From Candidatus Hadarchaeota archaeon (GTDB taxonomy: Archaea > Hadarchaeota > Hadarchaeia > Hadarchaeales > JAGGTB01): DNA of 64,000 nucleotides. Below, one piece after another: positions 1 to 9,930 of this stretch; position 1 is the first letter of the stretch; every line of letters starts with the position of its first letter. The stretch is from positions 160,001 through 224,000 of the forward strand of contig CAYLJV010000002.1 in assembly GCA_964384105.1 (NCBI GenBank), in the 5' to 3' direction. Both the position numbers and the translations under genes were made by a program. Under the pieces are notes generated by a model. That model was not told where the DNA came from. It saw nothing but the letters and a program-made list of their open reading frames with translations, and did not search any database.

Positions 1-169
1 GTTTTTTGGAATGAAAACTTACCTTCTCGTATATATTCTCCTTAAATTTTTCGAAATCTGAATCTATACAATCTCTCAGATTTATTCCAAGAGTAACTGT
101 CCTTATATCAAGTCCTTGATAAAGAGTCATACTAGCCGTTTCAAAAACTTCATCTACTGTAAATGCCAT
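1..169 (-). CDS. DUF711/UPF0210 (PFL-like) family protein, 5' part (runs off window)
   Basis: Hand translation from ATG at 169: MAFTVDEVFETASMTLYQGLDIRTVTLGINLRDC; LDIRTVTLGI is the DUF711 signature; follows an ACT-domain gene as usual. Confidence 0.85.
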   Translation of the reverse strand, partial: MAFTVDEVFETASMTLYQGLDIRTVTLGINLRDCIDSDFEKFKENIYEKVSFHSKK

Positions 170-172
170 CCT

Positions 173-451
173 TCAAACCCTGTGCATAGCTTTAAAGATA
201 TTCTCATGTTGTAATTGTACCTGAAGACCCATATCCTTACCTATAGCCATAAGGTCGTCCCCAATGCTCTTCAAACTACAATTAGCGTTCCCAACATCTA
301 TCAGCATACTCATAACAAAATAACCCTCTATCACCTTCTGGCTTATATCCTCGATATTCACGTCCTTCTCATAGAGGGAGTTAGACATCCTGGCGATTAT
401 ACCCGGTTGGTCCTCTCCAATCACAGTGACAAAACAGAGCTCCTTTCCCAT
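173..451 (-). CDS. ACT domain protein (UPF0237)
   Basis: VTVIGEDQPGIIA...NIEDISQ...QHENIFKAMHRV; start moved to ATG 451 after GAGGAG. Confidence 0.88.
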   Translation of the reverse strand: MGKELCFVTVIGEDQPGIIARMSNSLYEKDVNIEDISQKVIEGYFVMSMLIDVGNANCSLKSIGDDLMAIGKDMGLQVQLQHENIFKAMHRV

Positions 452-516
452 ATTATTCTCCTCGCAATGGAGAATCAACCCTCTTAAGTATTAAAATTTC
501 TCTCAAAAACATCGCT

Positions 517-1449
517 TTAGGACTTCTCGACTACCTCAAACAGATCATCCGCAAGACTGATTATCAGGGCCTTATCCTCCAAATTCCCCTTCAGATCCTC
601 CGGAATACTATCAGAACCGTGATACGCCCCGGCGATAGCTCCAGTCATAGCTCCTATAGTATCCGCATCTCCACCCAAACTGATAGCATAAGTAACAGCA
701 TTCAGAAAGTCTCTTGAATGAGACAGGAAAGAATAGATCGCTGTGGGAACGGAGTTAAATGCTTCAACTCTATTACCGAGAGACTCAACAACTGCTCCCT
801 TATCTGGATCGGAACTGACCAGTTCTTCCAACCTATTTAATTTCTGCATATACTCCTTTTCATTCGCAAAATCTCTGAGCCTTTCGATAAATTCTCCAAC
901 ATCTAAACCAGCTGAAGGGTCCTCATTAGTAGCAAGCGCAACTGCTGCGGACTGAAGGACGGCGCCACCTATCCCCAATCGATGGGTGTGAGTAACTCGA
1001 CTGGACTTTTCCGCAACCGTAGGTAAATTATCCAAATCATTACAACAAAATAGTCCTACTGGAGCCACCCTCATGGAAGAACCGTTTCCATAGGATCCTT
1101 CTCCACCAAACAGTCTCTTCGCTGGCTCTCTCCAGTCCTCTTCACGCTCAAGGGATTTTATAACCCGTCTAGCCCCAGGACCATAACCCCGAAATGGCTC
1201 AAAATTATCCACCAATCTACTCGCAAAATAACCTCCATCAAACTCTCCCTTTTCCACCAATGATTCTGTCAAACTGATCATCTGCTGGGTATCATCCGTG
1301 TAGCGTAAATTCTCAAATCTGGAGAGCAGGCTCTCTATCTCTCCAGAATCCATGAGGGATCTACCCTCGCTCGTTCTACCCAAAGAGTCTCCCACCGCGG
1401 TCCCAAGCAGAGAACCACGAAACTTCGATCTCAGGTCCACTTCAATCAC
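517..1449 (-). CDS. ADP-ribosylglycohydrolase (DraG/ARH family)
   Basis: GTAVGDSLG, YTDDTQ, GNGSSMRVAP, THTH, GGDADTIGAMTGAIAGA motifs. Confidence 0.92.
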   Translation of the reverse strand: MIEVDLRSKFRGSLLGTAVGDSLGRTSEGRSLMDSGEIESLLSRFENLRYTDDTQQMISLTESLVEKGEFDGGYFASRLVDNFEPFRGYGPGARRVIKSLEREEDWREPAKRLFGGEGSYGNGSSMRVAPVGLFCCNDLDNLPTVAEKSSRVTHTHRLGIGGAVLQSAAVALATNEDPSAGLDVGEFIERLRDFANEKEYMQKLNRLEELVSSDPDKGAVVESLGNRVEAFNSVPTAIYSFLSHSRDFLNAVTYAISLGGDADTIGAMTGAIAGAYHGSDSIPEDLKGNLEDKALIISLADDLFEVVEKS

Positions 1450-2134
1450 CTAGAGAGACTAAGGGAACTATATCTTCAAGGATAAAATCCAAAAATTCCT
1501 GGGGCTTGAGCTTGCTGAAAAGCACGATCACAGAATTCCTAGTAATTCCGACAACGATCCCTCTCTTCTGAATTTCAAAAACTGCGTACCATATATTACC
1601 ATGATCCAGATACTCCTGATAAAGTGAAGTATCTGCAATTGAAGATCCGTAGAGGGCCAACTTTCCTACATCCGGAATGTCCACATTATCAAAATATATT
1701 ACCTTAGTAGCGCGAGGATTGCTCTCGTGAAGCTCTTTTAGAGTCTCTTCTTTAATCTTGGCCTCTACTATCCCCCCGGATTTCAAAAAGAGTGCTTCAC
1801 TGACCTTGTTAGCTATCCTATTCGCCCTCGGTTTGTCGCTTACTATAACTAAAAATATTTCTCCCTTTCTATTATGGAAGACCAACTCGGTTTCTTTGGT
1901 CTTCGGAACTTCGACCTCGCCAGACCTGTGATAAACTGAAATCAAAGTATCATCGCTATAGGTCCCGTACAAAGTTCCATCTTCTGCTTTCAAGTTCGTA
2001 ATCTCAGTCACTAAATTGAACTTCTGGGTCCTGCCCTCGAACGGCTCCTCCTCCCGATAATCCTTCAATTTGCTAGCAATAAACCCCAGATCGGCATCTT
2101 TAGCAATTCTAAATATCTTTGCGGAACTTACCAT
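1442..2134 (-). CDS. conserved hypothetical archaeal protein
   Basis: 230 aa globular ORF in strand-consistent operon, overlaps ARH start by 8 bp; family not recognised. Confidence 0.75.
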   Translation of the reverse strand: MVSSAKIFRIAKDADLGFIASKLKDYREEEPFEGRTQKFNLVTEITNLKAEDGTLYGTYSDDTLISVYHRSGEVEVPKTKETELVFHNRKGEIFLVIVSDKPRANRIANKVSEALFLKSGGIVEAKIKEETLKELHESNPRATKVIYFDNVDIPDVGKLALYGSSIADTSLYQEYLDHGNIWYAVFEIQKRGIVVGITRNSVIVLFSKLKPQEFLDFILEDIVPLVSLGD

Positions 2135-2206
2135 TCACTGCACCTATAGTCTCCTAAAAGGAGCTTTACCATTAAAAATTTCTTTTCAATTGATTCTCAG
2201 TAATAC

Positions 2207-3232
2207 TCACGTCCACTGTTCAAGAGACCTCTGAGCTCTCTTCTTTACTCCCTTCTCGAGTCTTTCGATTCCCGTCTCAACTCTCGATTCAGAAAACTCG
2301 TGCTCTTCACAGAGAAAACCTTTTATCTCCTCAGGAGATGGATCACTCCAAGCTATCTCGTAATCCTCCGTAACATTCGGTTCAAGAAAGACCTTTTCCA
2401 CTTCAAGCGGGTCGACATCGAATTCTTCGGATATATCCAACTCCAAAATTTTCTCCAGGTTTCCATTCTCCTTAACAATTTTCAAAGCCCTTTTTGGTCC
2501 AATACCCTTAATCCCATCATTGTAATCCGTTCCTACTAGAACCCCTATAGCGATTAGCCCTCTCCTATCTATCCCATGGTCCTTCTTCAACTCCGACAAT
2601 TTGGCAATTTCGGGAAGGACTTCCTTATACTCATCCTTACCAGGCAGTTTCCTCTTGCCAGTTATCGTCACGTTTCGAACGAGAATAGGCGCCCCATAGA
2701 GTAAACTGTCGAAATCCTGACTCCCAACGGCCCAAGCATCGCCGCGCTTGACCATAAAGGAGGCCTGAGCCTCGCCTTCACCTGGGGCCTGAACCCACGG
2801 GACACCCATAGCGAAAAGAAGTGTCTTCGACTGATCAACCATCTTGCCCGAAAGCCTAGAAGCCCTCTGAGCATACTTAAAAGCCTCCTTTTCGTCACCT
2901 TTTCGAATGGCCTCTCTCCTAGCTTTCTCAGCCTCTGCTTTCAATTTCCGACGAGTTTTGAGTGTCTTACTTTTAAGCTCAGGAGGTTCTCCATCAAAAA
3001 CGAAAAATGGACGAATTCCTCGTTCAATCAGGTTAGAAGTTCTATAAAAAAGACCAGAAAGGTGTGAAGTTACTCTCCCCTTAGAATCCTTGAGAGGAGT
3101 GCCGTCCCTCTGCCGAATTATAGAGAGAAACTGGTACAAAGTGTTCATAGCATCAACTGCTATGACCTTCCCCTGCAGATATTCTAGATCGACTTCCTTG
3201 AAAGTAACAAGTTCTTTTATCTGTGTTCCCAA
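2207..3232 (-). CDS. fen: flap endonuclease 1
   Basis: AVDAMNTLYQFLSIIRQRDG, EGEAQA, SQDFDSLLYG, GTDYNDGIKGIGPK, C-terminal PIP box QRSLEQW; likely TTG start at 3232. Confidence 0.97.
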   Translation of the reverse strand: MGTQIKELVTFKEVDLEYLQGKVIAVDAMNTLYQFLSIIRQRDGTPLKDSKGRVTSHLSGLFYRTSNLIERGIRPFFVFDGEPPELKSKTLKTRRKLKAEAEKARREAIRKGDEKEAFKYAQRASRLSGKMVDQSKTLLFAMGVPWVQAPGEGEAQASFMVKRGDAWAVGSQDFDSLLYGAPILVRNVTITGKRKLPGKDEYKEVLPEIAKLSELKKDHGIDRRGLIAIGVLVGTDYNDGIKGIGPKRALKIVKENGNLEKILELDISEEFDVDPLEVEKVFLEPNVTEDYEIAWSDPSPEEIKGFLCEEHEFSESRVETGIERLEKGVKKRAQRSLEQWT

Positions 3233-3286
3233 AAAACCCACCAAAATAAAATAGGTAGACAAGCTTTATTGACTCTCGCCAGAGGA

Positions 3287-3505
3287 CTATGCAATTCTTT
3301 CTCCACTTGGAAGCCTTCTGACTACCGTCATGGGTATTGCGGAATTTTCGAACTCCGAAGTCGCGATATCAATTGGGTCTGAAATACCCTCAGGAACATC
3401 AATTAAAACGGGAGCACCAAGTTCTATCTGAATAGATCTCGCACCAATTACCCTAGCTTTTTCGAATCGAGTATATTTTTTAGGATAAATGGTTACCACC
3501 TCCAT
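3287..3505 (-). CDS. rpoK: DNA-directed RNA polymerase subunit K (Rpo6)
   Basis: YTRFEKARVIGARSIQIELGAP motif. Confidence 0.95.
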   Translation of the reverse strand: MEVVTIYPKKYTRFEKARVIGARSIQIELGAPVLIDVPEGISDPIDIATSEFENSAIPMTVVRRLPSGERIA

Positions 3506-3730
3506 ACATTTCTATCCAAATCTTAAAATTCAAAGTGTTTCCTCCTACAGTCTCACTACCTCAAAAAATGAATGTTTTAATCTATCAACAAATTCCGCTA
3601 AGCATGTTAGCCTACGTATGTTAAACTCTCCCATCGTTTGATTCATTTTTCAACTCTATTAAGAGTTAAGTGTTTAAAAAGTTACTCTTCAAAATTACAT
3701 TCATTTTTCAAAACTTGTATTAATCCTATT

Positions 3731-3754
3731 CTAAAATTTTTCAGAAAATTTTAG
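3731..3754. promoter_or_regulatory. perfect 10-bp inverted repeat in long divergent intergenic region
   Basis: CTAAAATTTT-TCAG-AAAATTTTAG; AT-rich so could be chance. Confidence 0.3.
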
Positions 3755-4085
3755 TAATCAACAAGGAAAGTATAAAATTCAATAATATCCTCATAAAAGG
3801 AAATATGAACCATTAAGGCTATCAAAAACCAATAGAAGGTGCAATTTCTTCCTATGTGTCCTGTTAAATCCAATAGTAAGATAAAAAATTGACTATTCAC
3901 TATAAACACTATTAATGAACAATAAACCATCTAAATTATTTTTTTCAATAATAAATAAACAAAAAAAGATTTTTTTGCCGATTTAAAATAATTAAACTCC
4001 TCCTAGTCTTTGAAATGGAATTTATTAATAAAAATAGAAAAGCTTTTATCTTTATACTAGGAAAAGAGAATGCAGGTCTCTGTAA

Positions 4086-5687
4086 ATGGAAAAAAAGCTG
4101 GATCTGTGGCAAGTTATTTTGCTCGGTCTGGCTTATATGGCACCGGCTCTTTCGTTATTGGCAACTTTTAGAATTATAATGGCGGCTGGCTATACATGGA
4201 CCGCGGTTCCTCTAGCTTATCTTATAGCAGGAGTAGCGATTATCATAACTGCAGTTGCTTTTGCTAACCTAAGTAAATTAACTCCTAAGGGTGGGAGTGT
4301 CTGGACCTATGCAAAAGATGCCTTAGGTCCCAAGTTCGGCCAGTTTGCTGTTTGGATTTATTTACTGCAGTTAGTTGTAGTACCAGCAGCAGCTATGATC
4401 CCGGTTGGCATTTTCGCTCAAAGCTGGCTGGGAATATCGCCCTGGATCACAGTGCTGATAGGTTTTCTGTTCATTCTGGGTATCGCCCTCTTAGGGATTG
4501 ATCTGTCGTTTAAAACGATGGCAGTCCTATTCATCGGTGAGCTAATAATTCTTGTAACATTTGCAGTTAGCTCAATTTTGTGGTCTTCAGAAGTAGGTGC
4601 TTTCGGAACCATTTCCAGAATTGCCATCACACCATCTGGTTCCCTTTTTGGCATCGCAGGTATTATTGTAGGAGCTGCCGCAGCAGTCTATTCATTCCTT
4701 GGATACGAATCTTCTGCGACAATGGCGGAGGAAGTAAAATCTCCAATGAAAAATATACCTAAAGCTATTGTTATTACATCCATTTTAGGAACGATATTGC
4801 TAGTATTCCTCGCTTGGTCTTTTGTTGTTTCAATACCCGCAAAGGGACTGTTTTCACTTATTCACTATTTCAACCCAATACCCGCTATGGCTGGTGTTGT
4901 GTGGGGAGATGTACCTCCTTTCTACTATGGATGGCGCCACATATTGAGCATCGGAGGAATTGCAGCCGGAGTAACAGCAGCTCTTGCAGGATTACTAGCT
5001 TCCAGTAGGGTAATAAAAAAGCTAGGTGAGGAAAAAATCATTCCTAGTCACTTCAATAAAGTTTCAAAGAAAAGAGGAGCTCCAGTAGCGGCCATTCTCC
5101 TTGTCGGTTCAATAGGCTTATTTTTAGGTCAATTTGCCCCTTGGGAAAGTATTGTTTATGCTATTGCAACTGGAGCTGTACCAACTATAATTATCGTAAA
5201 CTTTCTTTCCTTTTGGCGTTACCGCAATTCCAAAGTTACACCTTCGACAATTATCACTCAAAAGATTCTCCCGGTAATTGGTATCGCTATGGGTTTGTGG
5301 ATTTTATTCGCTGGACTACCCACTAGAATGCTAATGGTGCTTATGGTTTGGGTTGTTCTCGGAATACTGCTAGTTTTCGTTAATAATTATCTTAAACCTA
5401 GTATTTTCTCCAACAAGAATAACGTATCAAAAGAAAAACTGTCACCCTCTCGATGGGGATTGGTCGCTTCTTCTTTGGCCTTGATACTGGTGGTTATAAT
5501 CTTCGCTGTTTGGTACAAGTACTATGCTGGCTCACTAGCTTGGTGGAATGTTATCGCTCCATACGCCTCGGGCAACTTATTGGCCTCCGTTGTTGCTATA
5601 GGAGCCATAGTAGTTTTTATCGTTGGTATGGTGAAAAGCAACCGATTCACCTCAGAAGCTGAACAGAAAACTGGAGGTGTAGTATAA
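4086..5687 (+). CDS. APC-family amino acid/polyamine permease
   Basis: GLAYMAP TM1 motif, GGSVWTY, YSFLGYESSATMAEE; about 14 hydrophobic segments. Confidence 0.9.
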   Translation: MEKKLDLWQVILLGLAYMAPALSLLATFRIIMAAGYTWTAVPLAYLIAGVAIIITAVAFANLSKLTPKGGSVWTYAKDALGPKFGQFAVWIYLLQLVVVPAAAMIPVGIFAQSWLGISPWITVLIGFLFILGIALLGIDLSFKTMAVLFIGELIILVTFAVSSILWSSEVGAFGTISRIAITPSGSLFGIAGIIVGAAAAVYSFLGYESSATMAEEVKSPMKNIPKAIVITSILGTILLVFLAWSFVVSIPAKGLFSLIHYFNPIPAMAGVVWGDVPPFYYGWRHILSIGGIAAGVTAALAGLLASSRVIKKLGEEKIIPSHFNKVSKKRGAPVAAILLVGSIGLFLGQFAPWESIVYAIATGAVPTIIIVNFLSFWRYRNSKVTPSTIITQKILPVIGIAMGLWILFAGLPTRMLMVLMVWVVLGILLVFVNNYLKPSIFSNKNNVSKEKLSPSRWGLVASSLALILVVIIFAVWYKYYAGSLAWWNVIAPYASGNLLASVVAIGAIVVFIVGMVKSNRFTSEAEQKTGGVV

Positions 5688-7732
5688 TGTTTAATTCTAA
5701 AAAGAAGACCATATCTGTTTTATTGGTTATCGGATTAGTGGCATTTGTCCTTTTCCAAACTAACCTTTATTCCTCAGCTCAATCAATCGATGATAGTTCA
5801 GACAATGGAACATATATCATCTCGCTAGATAAGGAAGCCCTGGATTGGATAAGAATCGATGACACGAGCGCTATAAATCTTATTAATCAATTGCTTGAAG
5901 AAGAAGTTCCTGTATCATGGGCTTTAGAAGACTTTAAGGTGGGTGGTACAAACTATCCTGCAGGAACGTTCTACATCGAAACACCGTTTACAACCCGGAA
6001 AGGTATTAAAAGTAATGAAGTTATGTCATGGCTTTCCTGGAAAGGAAAGACAAACAGGGTCTTTCGCATAGAAAAGACAACTGAAGAGATAAACGTAGAA
6101 TCCAAAGAACTGGTTCTTCCTAGAATTGCTTTATTCTACGATCGTACAACCTATTCAAATGCACTGGCATGCTACAATAGACTAAGAGAATTCGGATTCA
6201 AAGTATTTTTCGTAAATGCAGTTGATTTACTCGCTGATCCATGGAATAAACCTGGTACAGCTCTTGATAATGCGAATGTATTCTTTATGCCCGGAGGAGC
6301 ATTGCATTTTTGGTCATTCCCTACTGAAAATCAACGGGAAAATGGAATAAAAAACATTCAACAGTTTGTTGATTCTGGAGGGGGATACGTCGGAGTTTGT
6401 GCGGGTGCAACTGAAACACTTAAAGGCAGTCCCTATCCTTATCTGAATCTTGTCGACGCCTCTTACCATCCCGAATGGTTTGCAAACGATCGGGATTGGA
6501 GACAGCTTATCGGTCCCATAGAGATCGGAGTTACAAAAGAGGATCATCCAGTCATGTTTGGATACGGTTCTGATGCAGTGAGGCCAGGATATGGCCCAGA
6601 AACACCAATTTATTATTACGGCGGACCCGCCATGCATAGCCTTGGAGAAGAAACAGAGAAACTTGCTGAATTCAGTAATCCTATAACACAAGTAACTCCT
6701 GATTTAGTTAAGAACATCTGGGGAAATGCAGCAATTGTTGCGCAAGATTACGGGGAGGGTAAAACAGTTTTAATCAGTCCACATCCAGAATGGCCTGGAC
6801 CTGCTGGAAGGATATTCGCACAAGCATTATACTATAATTCTTCTAAAGAAAAACCTTCTTGGCAAGATGCAAACCTTTCTACAGATTTACCTGATGAAAT
6901 TTCTTCCGAAAGGGTGGCTAACATTACAAAGAGTGTCGATGAAATCAAACCTTATCTCGAAGACACAGCAAGAGTAGCATCGGAAATAGTTAACTTAAGA
7001 GCGGGAGATCATTACCATCCACTGGGATTATGGTATGACGAGCCTCTGCGAATGCATGCCAATGATATATACGACAAGCTGAAGTTTATGGAACGCTCTG
7101 CGTTAAAGTTTGAGTACGAATACTACAAACTAAATCTAATAAAGCAGAGGGTAAAAGATGATCCAAGACTGCTCGAAACCGTAGAATACAGCCAAGCCAT
7201 GATTGATAAGTTTTTCACTTTAGCCGAAAAACTCTCTTCTGAACCACATTTCATATATGAAGATCATTGGACCGGAGCCGGCCCCTTTGAGCCATTCGGA
7301 GAATATGAGCCTTCTTCCTTCACTGACTTCCCCGCCGTATTCAAGTACATCGATGAAGAAGTCAACGAAATAGTTTTGCCATTTGTTGAAAATTACGCTG
7401 TGCTATTCAACGATTACAAAGAATTACAACGGGAATATGAAATTGATCCCTCGCCCGAGTTAAAGCTAGAGTTGGAAAATATGGAAAATATGATTGCTGC
7501 ATCTTGGCCCGCAGGCCCCCTGTACAAAGGAATGTACACTCTAAGGCACACACTAGATATTATGCAATACAAAGTTAATTACCATCTGTTGAAGCTTGTT
7601 TCGCACGCAGATAGAGTCGAAGAAGTACTCTCATTGAACAACTATATTTTGGCAGACTCCCTAGGGCAATTTAGCAACACATATATTACACTGCGTTCTC
7701 TTTTTGCTCATCCCGGAGGGTTCTTAAAGTGA
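5687..7732 (+). CDS. exported BPL_N / class I glutamine-amidotransferase-fold hydrolase
   Basis: Signal peptide (KKK + hydrophobic + SSAQ), FFMPGG, GGGYVGVCAGA nucleophile elbow, SPHPE His-Glu. Confidence 0.75.
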   Translation: MFNSKKKTISVLLVIGLVAFVLFQTNLYSSAQSIDDSSDNGTYIISLDKEALDWIRIDDTSAINLINQLLEEEVPVSWALEDFKVGGTNYPAGTFYIETPFTTRKGIKSNEVMSWLSWKGKTNRVFRIEKTTEEINVESKELVLPRIALFYDRTTYSNALACYNRLREFGFKVFFVNAVDLLADPWNKPGTALDNANVFFMPGGALHFWSFPTENQRENGIKNIQQFVDSGGGYVGVCAGATETLKGSPYPYLNLVDASYHPEWFANDRDWRQLIGPIEIGVTKEDHPVMFGYGSDAVRPGYGPETPIYYYGGPAMHSLGEETEKLAEFSNPITQVTPDLVKNIWGNAAIVAQDYGEGKTVLISPHPEWPGPAGRIFAQALYYNSSKEKPSWQDANLSTDLPDEISSERVANITKSVDEIKPYLEDTARVASEIVNLRAGDHYHPLGLWYDEPLRMHANDIYDKLKFMERSALKFEYEYYKLNLIKQRVKDDPRLLETVEYSQAMIDKFFTLAEKLSSEPHFIYEDHWTGAGPFEPFGEYEPSSFTDFPAVFKYIDEEVNEIVLPFVENYAVLFNDYKELQREYEIDPSPELKLELENMENMIAASWPAGPLYKGMYTLRHTLDIMQYKVNYHLLKLVSHADRVEEVLSLNNYILADSLGQFSNTYITLRSLFAHPGGFLK

Positions 7733-8127
7733 TGGAAAATAAAAAAGTTAGTGGAGAAAGTGACCGACAGACAAATAAAAGAAATTTGTTCCAAAGAGGG
7801 ATAATCACAATAGTGATCGGATTTGTTTTCTCTATAATACTTGCACTGTTTTTCGGGGGGTATAGCTTTTGGTTATTTCCAGGTTTGCTGGTAATATCTC
7901 TTGGAGTAGCTGATGTTCTAAACAAGGTTTATTTCATTGCCAAAGGCAAGAAGTCTAAAGATCTTTGGATAGGAATGACGGTTTTCTTTATCGGCTTCTC
8001 AGGCTATCTGAGCGTCATGACACATGTTATGTTGGCTTTAATACAAACTATAACCATGCTGGTAATGATAATCGGTTTTATAGTAATTGTAAAAGCTCTG
8101 ATTTCCTCATCGAATCACAAAGAGTAA
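7729..8127 (+). CDS. 4-TM membrane protein of unknown function
   Basis: four hydrophobic stretches; overlaps upstream stop (GTGA). Confidence 0.7.
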   Translation: MMENKKVSGESDRQTNKRNLFQRGIITIVIGFVFSIILALFFGGYSFWLFPGLLVISLGVADVLNKVYFIAKGKKSKDLWIGMTVFFIGFSGYLSVMTHVMLALIQTITMLVMIIGFIVIVKALISSSNHKE

Positions 8128-8309
8128 ATCAATATATTCCTCAGTGAGTTATCTTCTTCGACCAATTCAAATTTTATTTATCTGAGCTCTTGTAGAATAA
8201 GTCCTTTTAAGGATTCGTCTTCCTTTAATTTTATAGGCTCCCCTAATTCCCAAATTAACTGTATAAATAAACTTATCTCTAAAAAGAGAACCATTTAAAG
8301 GGAAATTAG

Positions 8310-9845
8310 TTATTCACTGGAAGCTCCTTTCCATACATCGTCCTTTAGCTTTCTACCAGTTTTCTCCTCCCACTCTTCAATCGACAAAGAATGCTTTTTT
8401 CTTATTTTTTCGCCGATACCCAACCCATTATACGCACAGAACGGAACTATCCCCTCTGGAGTAGTATAATGAATAACACAACTTTTCAGTCGGTCTATAC
8501 TCAAATTCCAAGGATCTTGAAACCACATCGATCCTATAAAAAGGCTATTCAGATGAAGTTTCCCTAAAGAATCGTAATCTCCACGAACAAAAGCATTTAC
8601 CAGCAACTCTCTAGCGTTAAACCCTTCCGGGGCCTTATCAAAGTCTATATAATCAGTGATATTTTTCATCAAAGAAGTAGCTATTCTCGCCTTCTTAAGC
8701 ATACCAGTTTTCTCCGACTGCTCTTTAATGAATTTCACAAGACCTTCGACGTCAATAAATCGCGTTATCGGTATAAGTTCTCCATCGTCAACAAAGAGAT
8801 AAGTAGCTCCGCCACAACCAGGACTAGCAGTAAATTCGATTTGAGGTTCATCCTTTAGATTCTCGACTAGTTTAGACACGGGATAGACAAAAGGAACAGG
8901 GTAGAAATCGTCTTTCTTTATCTCACCATCGAGTTGCTCCTCAAGAGCCTCCAGCATCATTGCGTAGTCAACCCGTTGATTTTCTCTGTTTTCATCGTCT
9001 ATATTTTCCAAACGGCCACAGAAAGATACCGGTTGGAAATTAACCCCTCTTATAATATCCACGTTCTCAGCAGCGAATCTGATTATATCCCCCAATTCTT
9101 GAAGATTAAAACCATTAATGGGTACTGGGACCAAAACAACACCTAAATCTGCCTTTCTTAAGTTTTCTACCGCTTTTTTGTTCTGTTCTATCCACGGATT
9201 AGTTTCCTTGGAAATGCCATCAAAACTCATATAGACCGTATTTACGCCTGCTTCTCTAAGAGTTTTACAATATTCTGGATCTTCTGAGAGTTTTATTCCA
9301 TTGGTGTTTAGCTGGATATGTGTGAATCCGATCTCCTTTGCGAATTTAACGATCTCTATAAGATCGTCCCTTATCGTTGGTTCCCCGCCTGTAATCTGAA
9401 TTGCCGTGTTAGGTACGGGTTTCTCATTTCTAACCCGTCTCATCATATCCTTTAATTCCTCCAGAGAAGGCTCATAGATGTATCCGGAAGCTCCAGCATT
9501 CATAAAACAATAACCGCATCTAAGATTACAACGATTTGTAACCAACAAGTTTGACAAAACCGTTTGGGAACGGTGCTTAGGGTAAAGTTTCGGAAATTCT
9601 TCTGACCAACCCCCCTCAATCTCCTCGTTTTCTACACCTTCCCCCTTCACCTCATACTCCATCCACCTGTAGTATAGGTCAGGATCACCAAAATAGATAG
9701 ACCGGTAATCTCCATGTTCGTCGCAACTCTTTTTCAACCATATTTTACCATCTTCCTCCACAACCTGGGCGTCGATTTTGTTAATCTTGCCCTCTTTCAT
9801 ACACCCAGGACACACGGATTCTGTTTTTTCAAGAACTTTAGTCAT
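8310..9845 (-). CDS. tes: tetraether lipid synthase (GDGT-MAS/Tes), radical SAM
   Basis: N-terminal CPGC...CDEHG rubredoxin-like site, VTNRCNLRCGYC, QITGGEPT, GVNFQPVSF, C-terminal CVIHY...IVPFCAYN. Confidence 0.85.
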   Translation of the reverse strand: MTKVLEKTESVCPGCMKEGKINKIDAQVVEEDGKIWLKKSCDEHGDYRSIYFGDPDLYYRWMEYEVKGEGVENEEIEGGWSEEFPKLYPKHRSQTVLSNLLVTNRCNLRCGYCFMNAGASGYIYEPSLEELKDMMRRVRNEKPVPNTAIQITGGEPTIRDDLIEIVKFAKEIGFTHIQLNTNGIKLSEDPEYCKTLREAGVNTVYMSFDGISKETNPWIEQNKKAVENLRKADLGVVLVPVPINGFNLQELGDIIRFAAENVDIIRGVNFQPVSFCGRLENIDDENRENQRVDYAMMLEALEEQLDGEIKKDDFYPVPFVYPVSKLVENLKDEPQIEFTASPGCGGATYLFVDDGELIPITRFIDVEGLVKFIKEQSEKTGMLKKARIATSLMKNITDYIDFDKAPEGFNARELLVNAFVRGDYDSLGKLHLNSLFIGSMWFQDPWNLSIDRLKSCVIHYTTPEGIVPFCAYNGLGIGEKIRKKHSLSIEEWEEKTGRKLKDDVWKGASSE

Positions 9846-9930
9846 AACAACCGTTTACTACTCATCGGGGTAAATATATAAGAATTTTTAAACTACACTC
9901 AATATGAAAGCTCGTTTTAAGGAAAACAAA

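Noticed and set aside
3506-4085. Possible replication origin
   Set aside because: AT-rich, but no ORB-like repeats seen and no cdc6/orc1 gene adjacent.
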